DNA of 64,000 nucleotides from contig OZ219753.1 in the NCBI GenBank assembly GCA_964291315.2, forward strand, positions 2,528,001-2,592,000, written 5' to 3'. Positions 19,343 to 26,851 of this stretch are shown piece after piece; the first letter of the stretch is position 1, and every line of letters starts with the position of its first letter. The position numbers and the translations under genes are program-made. This stretch comes from Candidatus Poribacteria bacterium (GTDB taxonomy: Bacteria; Poribacteria; WGA-4E; WGA-3G). The notes beneath the pieces were generated by a model that saw only the letters and a list, made by a program, of their open reading frames with translations, had not been told where the DNA came from and did not search any database.

Positions 19343-20389
19343 ATGGAGGTATTCTTTGTGGCCCATACACATAACGATTCCCAATTAAGGCCTTTGGTCA
19401 TTCCAGCTTCGGAGACAGCGGCGCAGATGGCACAGGCTGCAGAAAATTTTCTCGATACGCTCACGCCGCGGCTACGCGAGCAAGCAGCTCTCCCATTCGA
19501 TGGAAACGAACGATTCCGTTGGCACTACATCCCTGTTGAGATGTGGAAACGGAAAGGTGTGTCTCTTAAGGAACTAAACGCCAAACAGCAGGAAGCAGCG
19601 TTCGCTCTGATAGAGAACGGTTTAAGCGCGAAAGGGTATCAGAAAGCGCGGACTATTATTAATTTAGAGATAACGCTCGGTGAGATTGAACAAGCTGCCG
19701 GTGAAGCCCGGCTTGCCCGAGATCCGTCTTTGTACTTTTTTACTGTGTTTGGTGATCCGACAGGGAAAGGTGCCTGGGGATGGCGTGCTGAAGGACACCA
19801 CGTTTCTCTCAACTTTACTGTGGTTAATCGCGAACTTATTTCACCAAACCCGTTTTTCTTCGGTTCAAACCCGGCTGAAGTACCGCAAGGCGAGAAAAAA
19901 GGACTGAGGGTCCTCTCTGCTGAGGAAGATATAGCTCGTAAACTCCTTACAAGCCTAAATAACACTCAGAAGGCACAAGCCATCATCAGTGCAGATGCCC
20001 CCTCTGATATCTTGACGCGCGATGTCCCTAAAGTTGAATTTGAGACTGTTGAGGGATTGTCTGCAGAATCTATGCGGACACATCAGCGTGAACACCTGAT
20101 GAACCTCGTCCATGAGTACATTGATCGGCTGCCCGACCAAGTTGCTCGGATTGAGCTACGTAAACTACGCGAGGGTGGTGTCAATGATATCCACTTTGCA
20201 TGGGCGGGTGGTGAAACACCGAAGACACCACACTATTATAGGCTACACGCCCCCTTCTTCTTCGTGGAGTATGATAATACCCAAAACAGCGCGAATCATA
20301 TTCACTCTGTGTGGCGGCACATCGCAGACGATTTTGGGGTGGACTTACTTCGGTTGCACTACCACAAATCAGATCACCACGATCATTAA
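19343..20389 (+). CDS. DUF3500 family protein
   Basis: YFFTVFGDP, WGWRAEGHHVSLN, F.WAG, HYYR, EYDNTQN.ANHIHSVWR..DFG. Confidence 0.9.
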   Translation: MEVFFVAHTHNDSQLRPLVIPASETAAQMAQAAENFLDTLTPRLREQAALPFDGNERFRWHYIPVEMWKRKGVSLKELNAKQQEAAFALIENGLSAKGYQKARTIINLEITLGEIEQAAGEARLARDPSLYFFTVFGDPTGKGAWGWRAEGHHVSLNFTVVNRELISPNPFFFGSNPAEVPQGEKKGLRVLSAEEDIARKLLTSLNNTQKAQAIISADAPSDILTRDVPKVEFETVEGLSAESMRTHQREHLMNLVHEYIDRLPDQVARIELRKLREGGVNDIHFAWAGGETPKTPHYYRLHAPFFFVEYDNTQNSANHIHSVWRHIADDFGVDLLRLHYHKSDHHDH

Positions 20390-20401
20390 AGAATCTCTAT
20401 G

Positions 20402-20462
20402 GGCAGTCAGCGGTCAGGGCGGTAGGAGGAAACTTTGAAGCCTGACCACTGACTGCTAATCG
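20402..20462. repeat. Heptamer-based palindrome between convergent genes (possible bidirectional terminator)
   Basis: gcagtcagcggtcagg...cctgaccactgactgc inverted arms. Confidence 0.6.
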
Positions 20463-21305
20463 TTAATCGTTAATTGCCTTTAGGTTACCCCAAGTGGTTG
20501 TCAACTTATCCGCAGCTTCAACAGCGAGTACCTCGCTAGTAAGCACGACTAAGCCGGTATGTTCTGAATTCTTTCCGAAGACAACAGAATGCGTGTACCA
20601 ACCGCTCCAACCTTTCTGTCCTTCTTGACCAGCCTTTCTGTCGCCATCGTTCACACAGATACCCAGGCCGAACTCAAATCCTTCACTGAATTTTTTCCCT
20701 TTTACTTGCAATTCTTCGGCTGTGAATCTAAGTTCATAACGGGTTTTCTTTTCATCCTCGTTTCGGATGATTGCGACATCTTCGTCTGGAACGATACCGG
20801 CGCCCCCCGGGTTTTCATTTAACGCCAAGAGGAGGACGTTCTCCGCCTTATCATCTAGGCCTACATTATAGAGCCACATCGGCAATCCGGGGCTCCGTTT
20901 GCCACTCATTTCAAAGGCGAGCTGTGCGCCATCACCGTTCCAAGCCGCCTCGGCAGCATGCTCATGTTCATCATCATCAACAGCAATCATGAGATAAATT
21001 GCCTCAGGGTCCCAAAGAATCGCGAAACAAGTTTGGTGGTCGTCAGGTCCTGTCCAGTTCCCGCCACCGTGTTCTTGGAAAACATTACCAGAATATTCAA
21101 TTCCACAAAAAGGGGTTCCATCTGTTCCTTTGACTGTTTCCAATACCTCATCCCAGTAGTCGCTAAAATCGCCTACGTTAATATCAACGCCTGCTGGAAT
21201 TGTAAAGGCATTATAGACATCGTGCGTTTTACTGCGCCATTGCGCGTCTACTGTACTATTTATAAGTAGCGCGAAGGCGGCTATCAGAAGCCAAAACTTG
21301 TTCAT
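20463..21305 (-). CDS. Secreted CBM9/DOMON-like sugar-binding-fold protein with conserved C-terminal tail
   Basis: Start MNKFW with aaggagg RBS; signal peptide; WD..AIYL...V.DD, WNGDG.QL, YELRF, ICVNDGD; tail AVEAADKLTTTWGNLK. Confidence 0.75.
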   Translation of the reverse strand: MNKFWLLIAAFALLINSTVDAQWRSKTHDVYNAFTIPAGVDINVGDFSDYWDEVLETVKGTDGTPFCGIEYSGNVFQEHGGGNWTGPDDHQTCFAILWDPEAIYLMIAVDDDEHEHAAEAAWNGDGAQLAFEMSGKRSPGLPMWLYNVGLDDKAENVLLLALNENPGGAGIVPDEDVAIIRNEDEKKTRYELRFTAEELQVKGKKFSEGFEFGLGICVNDGDRKAGQEGQKGWSGWYTHSVVFGKNSEHTGLVVLTSEVLAVEAADKLTTTWGNLKAIND

Positions 21306-21321
21306 TTTTCTTGCCTCCTTA

Positions 21322-22959
21322 TTAGCGGTTATTAATAGTTTCCTCCGGCCTATCACTACTCAAACAAAAGATATATCGGTCGCTGGACCCAATGTACAGC
21401 ATACCGTTGGCAATTGCGGGTGATGAGTAGAGTTCTATGTTTTGGTTAAAAGTTCTCGTGTTGAACTCCCACAGCATTTCTCCACTGCTTGTGGAAAGTG
21501 AATAGATATGTCCATTTTGCGTCGCTGCATAGATCGCTGCAGGTGTTACTGCAGGTGAGGAGACAACCGGAGCCCCAAGATCTATTTTCCATTTAAGGTG
21601 CCCATCCATTGTCCCCAGGCAATAAACGTGTCCATCGCGCGAGCCAAAGACGACGGAGCTGTTCATAACAGCGATCGCCGTGAAAACAGCGTCTTCTGCT
21701 TCATGTTCCCAGGTGATGTCTCCTGTTTCACCATCAAGTGCGACGACCTTACCAGCTGGTAGCGGGTCACTGTCCGAAAAGTTCCCCCTCCCAAGTCCAA
21801 AAAAAACGAGGTTTTCACTGACACCGGGGCTCCCCCACACGGGATAAGATACCTTCTTCGACCAAATCTCAGCACCTGTTTCGGCATTGACTGCAAGAAT
21901 CTGGTAATCGCCGTAGCCTGTCCCAAAGTAGACCAGGCCATTGTGGACAATAGGGGACATGTCAGCGTGAATGTTTTTATAGTGCCAAATTGTTTGACCT
22001 TCTAACGCATCAATGCAGTAAACTCCATCCGCACCTGCTGTGAAATAGAGTCTGCCTTGACTGATAAACGGGGTTGACTCAACATGACTAGCTGTTTGGA
22101 AGGCCCAGACAAGATCACCGGTTTTTGCGTCGAGGCATCGAAGCTGGCAATTACTGTCTTGATGGAAGCCTTCGCCGATATAGACCCTGCCTCCAGCCAC
22201 GGCGGGTGGCGAGAAAATTGGGATACGGGAGGTATGCCGCCAGATAACCTTCTTTGATTCTATATCAATACAGTACGTTGCACCGCCGGCCGAAAAGATC
22301 GAACCGTGTGAAGAACCGATATAGAGCCGATTCCCAACGACTGCTGGTGAAGAGGAAAAGTTAGCTGTCATTGCCTCCTCATCTTTAAAAACCCATGCTA
22401 GTGTCCCGTGTATTGGTCCCGGAAGTCCATCTATATGTCCTGTTCGGTTTTTCCCGCCTCGGAAGGTTGGCCATCCTCTTGCAACGCTGGTGCCGCTTAC
22501 ACTCGTGTTCTGGACGTTGACTTCAGGGGTGGAGGTTGTCCAATGTCGCGTTGTTTCGATCAGTCGATAGGTTCCCCAACCGAGTCCGGCGAGGATAAAG
22601 AGGCTAAAAACAGCGGAAACACCCCTATGAGCATCGGCAAAGTCACGGCATTTGTAGAAAACCACTTTAACTGTATCCCGTGCAAAGACGAGTGTTGTAA
22701 GGAGCGCGACTCCAACAAAAGCGATGATTTGTGGAATGATGCTCAACAACGCGGTCAGGGGGCCCAGGAGCTGCGGGATAACCGCGTGCGCGGGACGTGC
22801 TGCAGCGAAAAAAATGAAAAAAAGGCATATTGTTAAGAGCAACCTTATATTGACTTGCGCTGGCGCGTGTAGCATGATGAAACGCCTCGCCCGCCACAAC
22901 AGATTAGCTGATGGCTGATGACTGATGGCTAACAACCTCTTTAATTTTCCCTTCTTCAT
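21322..22959 (-). CDS. Membrane-anchored PQQ-like (BamB-type) beta-propeller protein
   Basis: N-terminal TM segments; WPTFRGGKNRTG; repeated SSPAV...YIGS / CLDA.TG..W. Confidence 0.85.
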   Translation of the reverse strand: MKKGKLKRLLAISHQPSANLLWRARRFIMLHAPAQVNIRLLLTICLFFIFFAAARPAHAVIPQLLGPLTALLSIIPQIIAFVGVALLTTLVFARDTVKVVFYKCRDFADAHRGVSAVFSLFILAGLGWGTYRLIETTRHWTTSTPEVNVQNTSVSGTSVARGWPTFRGGKNRTGHIDGLPGPIHGTLAWVFKDEEAMTANFSSSPAVVGNRLYIGSSHGSIFSAGGATYCIDIESKKVIWRHTSRIPIFSPPAVAGGRVYIGEGFHQDSNCQLRCLDAKTGDLVWAFQTASHVESTPFISQGRLYFTAGADGVYCIDALEGQTIWHYKNIHADMSPIVHNGLVYFGTGYGDYQILAVNAETGAEIWSKKVSYPVWGSPGVSENLVFFGLGRGNFSDSDPLPAGKVVALDGETGDITWEHEAEDAVFTAIAVMNSSVVFGSRDGHVYCLGTMDGHLKWKIDLGAPVVSSPAVTPAAIYAATQNGHIYSLSTSSGEMLWEFNTRTFNQNIELYSSPAIANGMLYIGSSDRYIFCLSSDRPEETINNR

Positions 22960-22977
22960 CTGTATTTACCTCTTGCT

Positions 22978-24156
22978 CTATTTGGATTCTTCCAAAAATC
23001 TGACAGCGAAATGCACCAAGTTCTCAAGCATCCGGCGGTTTTTAGCGATTTGCGAGTTCCCTCGATTATGGAGACTCGTGATGAGATACATCCCCTTTCC
23101 ATATCGGAGTTTGGCAACAACAAGCTCTCTCCCGCTGTTAGTTGTTGCTAGTATCTGATACTTCTGGTTCCATCCCTTCCATGAGTCATCAAGCGCGAGT
23201 TGCCCGGATCGGATGCGGTTTGGCGTTTTAAAAAGCTCGCCTGCATCAGAAGTCACTTGGAAATCGTTGCGGGTTGGACTTTCGACACCTTGGAGCGGTT
23301 CAGGTAGCCATCCACTGCCACATGGGCGATTGTCGTCGCTATCTTGCCCGGAGGCGATGACAATGCCTCCGTTCTTCACGAATTCTCTAATGCGTCTTTC
23401 TTGCTCGTCGTTAAGTCGGTATCGCCCCTCGGAAAGTGATCGAAAACCGAGCCAGAGAATATCTGTTTTGCTGAGTACCGGCAAGTTTCGATCAGTTGTC
23501 ACCTGATAAACAAAGCCGAAATCTGCTACAGCATCAAGTTCAGCAATAGCGCGAGGTTCCGACTCATACTTTTCTGTTTTGAGCAGTAAGAGTTGAAGGC
23601 TTTCTCCACTGAGGAGGCCATGCAATTCTTTTTGAAAATTCTGTGTTGAATCTCGCCTTGAGACCTTATCTCTATTAAGATACTTCTCAAAGTGTGTGAA
23701 CAGCCACCAGTCCCAGTCTTTCCCCTTGGGTTTTGTGACCTGCGTCTGAAACCACTTGCCCCTTGTATGTGCAAGACTATCAATGCGTCTGCCAGCTTTC
23801 AGGTAGAAGATGATGATAGGTTCGTTTCGCCTTAGGAAGTTGATAACTTCTTCCCTATGGTCTTCCTCGCCTTTGTAGACATCAAACCGGATCTTAATCT
23901 CCCGAAATTCACTTTCGCCTTTGAGATTTTCTTCGACCTTGATTTTTGCTGTCCTACGTTTGGTATTAACCTCAGAGACGGTCCCGAAAACAACGTTTGT
24001 GCTTTCCGCAACGATTTGTCTGACGCTGTACCGTTTTGCAATATATCCCTCCACAGCGGATTGCATCAGCAAAACGGGCACGGTAACAAGCAGTCCGAAT
24101 AAGAAGTACGACTTCCAGATACCGTTTACCTTACAAGTCGATGTGAGTATTGGCAT
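22978..24156 (-). CDS. Exported hypothetical protein, C-terminal class I GATase-like (DUF4159-like) domain
   Basis: ggagg RBS; signal-like segment; IREFVKNGGIVI and YGKGMYLITS...LENL motifs. Confidence 0.65.
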   Translation of the reverse strand: MPILTSTCKVNGIWKSYFLFGLLVTVPVLLMQSAVEGYIAKRYSVRQIVAESTNVVFGTVSEVNTKRRTAKIKVEENLKGESEFREIKIRFDVYKGEEDHREEVINFLRRNEPIIIFYLKAGRRIDSLAHTRGKWFQTQVTKPKGKDWDWWLFTHFEKYLNRDKVSRRDSTQNFQKELHGLLSGESLQLLLLKTEKYESEPRAIAELDAVADFGFVYQVTTDRNLPVLSKTDILWLGFRSLSEGRYRLNDEQERRIREFVKNGGIVIASGQDSDDNRPCGSGWLPEPLQGVESPTRNDFQVTSDAGELFKTPNRIRSGQLALDDSWKGWNQKYQILATTNSGRELVVAKLRYGKGMYLITSLHNRGNSQIAKNRRMLENLVHFAVRFLEESK

Positions 24157-24483
24157 TGTCTTTCCTCCGTGGAATTGTGTTTTTTATGTATGTTGTGCTC
24201 GGAACCCACAATCACAATTCCCATTTAGCACCTACAAAGCGCTAATTTACCGTGAATCTTGGAAACAAGCTTCGTACATTAGATTGGATCGAACTATCCT
24301 ATTTGTGTTTCTTACATCTGTTCCAACTAAAAGGATGTGGAAGTCTGTTTTCACTGTATACCTTTGAATCCGCTTAGCGAGGAAACGCTAAAAAACTTGA
24401 TATTGTGGCACCGACAAAAGAAACAATCTGACACCCGCTTTGGTTCATTGTTAAAAATGCCAGCGTTCTGATTTTTGCTAACA

Positions 24484-25728
24484 TCAACTAATGTGATATT
24501 CCACTTTCTTAACAGCTTCATGCAAGTTCTTGACAAGATCCTCATACCTGACAGAGCGTCCAATCACAGCACATAGATGAATAGCAAAATTTTCGGGTGG
24601 CAAATAGACAGGATCGCCAACTTCAAGTTTCGGTATGACAGACAGAACCCCTTCAGTCTCTAGGGCATCAGAAATACCTCTTATGCCCTTAAGGGTCCCA
24701 GCTCTATTCGGCAGCACAAGCACTTTGCCTGCGTAGCAATCTGCTTGAGCGTCGATTGCTTCTAAATCTGCTGACTCGCCAAGTGCCATTTTGATAACTT
24801 GTTCAACAAATGAAACACCCGTGGCAATTTCTATCAAATGCGAAACAATATACCCTCCTGCAGGTCTACCCGCTACCTCAAGTATCTTCACGCCGGTCGA
24901 AGTCAGACGCGCTTCAAGGTGGAATGCACTATTATTGAGTCCAAGTAAGGATATAGACTCACGGGCGGCATCCTTTACTGCCTTTATAGTTGTTTCGCTT
25001 TTACTTGAAGGAAAAAATTCCGTGTATTCGATGGAATAATCTGGGGTTACATCTTTATCTGTGACCCCAGCTATTTGAATCTTATGATCCTGCACCAAAC
25101 CATCTACACAGACTTCTGGTCCATCCATGTATTCTTCGACAATGTATTGGTTAGGGTAATAAGAGTAGATTGTCCCACTAACAGGGACAGTATTTTGCAG
25201 CATTTCTTTCCACTTTTGATCAATCTCATCAGGCGAACTAATCTTCAAAATAGATTTGCTACCGGAAGCTCCTACAGGTTTGAAGACAAGCGGTAGACCG
25301 ATACGCTCAGCTGCATTTCGTAAATCATTTAAAGACTCTACTGGATGGAATCTCGGACATAAGCCATTACCACCACTCAGCGTTTTTCTCATTTCAAATT
25401 TATTGCGGCCCCTCTTAGCCGCACTCGTGGACAGAGCAGGTAGACAGAAACTTTCTCCTATCGCTGCGACGAGCTCAACATCCTTGTCTGTCCAAGTAAG
25501 AACACCGTCGAATGGATGTCTTCTGTAGTATTCCTGAAGAGCTACAAGTGTCGTGGCTATGTCGTATGTATTATGCATAATTACGTCGGCTGCCAAACCT
25601 TTGGGAATTTTAGGGGCTTCAGCAGTCAGCAAGATAGGAGTTACCCCCATTCTATTAGCAACCCAAAATGGCACGAGCCTCTCAACTCTGTCCGTCCTAG
25701 TGTTAACAAAAAGAATTGTTTTATTCAT
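24484..25728 (-). CDS. ATP-grasp L-amino-acid-ligase-like protein
   Basis: RNKFEMR, PLVFKPVGASGS, VEEYMDGPE, FHLEARLT..G..ILEVAGRPAGG; AT-richer than neighbours; start 25728 (gagg RBS) or 25740. Confidence 0.88.
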   Translation of the reverse strand: MNKTILFVNTRTDRVERLVPFWVANRMGVTPILLTAEAPKIPKGLAADVIMHNTYDIATTLVALQEYYRRHPFDGVLTWTDKDVELVAAIGESFCLPALSTSAAKRGRNKFEMRKTLSGGNGLCPRFHPVESLNDLRNAAERIGLPLVFKPVGASGSKSILKISSPDEIDQKWKEMLQNTVPVSGTIYSYYPNQYIVEEYMDGPEVCVDGLVQDHKIQIAGVTDKDVTPDYSIEYTEFFPSSKSETTIKAVKDAARESISLLGLNNSAFHLEARLTSTGVKILEVAGRPAGGYIVSHLIEIATGVSFVEQVIKMALGESADLEAIDAQADCYAGKVLVLPNRAGTLKGIRGISDALETEGVLSVIPKLEVGDPVYLPPENFAIHLCAVIGRSVRYEDLVKNLHEAVKKVEYHIS

Positions 25729-25806
25729 AATCAACCTCATAGCATCGAAGACACAACCTAACAGTAATGTTCATATTGGGACATGTACGGCTTTGTTTGA
25801 TAGCTT

Positions 25807-26375
25807 TACCGTGAGTTTGATAAATAATTCCGTGTTTCTTTGTTCAAAAAAAACCGCCTCACTCCTTTAGTAGTATCTCCTTTGTGGGTTCCACAAGGGT
25901 GCGGTTGTGCAAAATAATAGGTGTATCTCTTCACATCGCGTCTTTTCAGCGGATCAAGTCGGGTGGTCTAAAACGTCTATAGGGTGGTTCTATGGTTTCA
26001 AACTTCATGTGATTATCAACGATGCCGGTGAGCGCTTAGCGGTTGCGTTATCCCTGGAAATACCGGTGATCACAAACCTGTCTCGGCATCGGTCTCCAAA
26101 TCGAGCGAGGTTTCAGTGCAGCCTCTACACAGATAGCAGCTATACCGCTAAAAACCTCCGGGAGCGTCTCCCGCAACAATCTGTAAATTTGGTTTACACA
26201 GTCCGGGAGAACATGGAACCGCTAGAGATATCCGCGGCTGATAAAGTGCTACATCTTCTCGGCATTGATAGCTTATCAGCTCTCCGAGCATAAGCCCTCG
26301 CTGAACGGTTCTGAACTCCAGCAAGGACAAGATTTACTAGGCATCCGTAAAATTTAACCTTTTTTCAAACTCACG
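25807..26375 (+). mobile_element. Internally deleted, frameshifted IS982-family element
   Basis: Transposase motifs SISFVGST / NNR.ISSHRVF / KTSIGWFYGFKLHVIINDAGE; inverted repeats cgtgagtttgataaa (25810-25824) and tttttcaaactcacg (26361-26375), 14/15 match. Confidence 0.85.
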
Positions 26376-26382
26376 AATTTAA

Positions 26383-26404
26383 AATGTTACACTAGTGTAA
26401 CATT
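26383..26404. promoter_or_regulatory. Perfect 22-bp palindrome AATGTTACACTAGTGTAACATT (operator-like)
   Basis: Seen directly; a further half-site agtgtaacat lies near 26497. Confidence 0.5.
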
Positions 26405-26744
26405 GCAACCTCGGCGCTAAGCGTCTGTAACCCTATGTGGGACGTGGCTTCTTTAAGTGTTAATTTCTGCTGCGAAAAAAAGGGATTTATCCGAAAGTGT
26501 AACATCTTATTTTTTTGAATTCTTAATTCAAATTTATATCGTATATGATAATATATATAATGTTGGGATGCAAATTTTTTTATGAATGGTTAAAAAGGCT
26601 CTGTTGTGCCCAAAATTTTAAATTTCTGGTGTTAGAGAGTCTAGAAATCGCTATACCCGGTTAGGTAATCTTTACGTTTTCGTGTGCTGTTTCCGAACTG
26701 TCCGCGGGGTGAGTGGTACACATGAGAGCCTGAAAAAGATAAAA

Positions 26745-26788
26745 AGGGCGCGATAGCTATTAGGAGGGCCCTACCGCTATCACGCCCT
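26745..26788 (-). terminator. Probable intrinsic terminator of the FGE-domain gene
   Basis: agggcgcgatagc...gctatcacgccct inverted repeat followed by a T-run on the minus strand. Confidence 0.6.
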
Positions 26789-26851
26789 ACTTTGGAGCTT
26801 CAGTGCCTTTCAGCGATTTATCCGCGGATAAAAAGCGCAAGCCATAAAGTT

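Noticed and set aside
25745-25870. Small precursor peptide ORF upstream of the ATP-grasp gene
   Set aside because: The short ORF and its apparent RBS lie in the antisense of the IS982 left end; no RiPP-like features.
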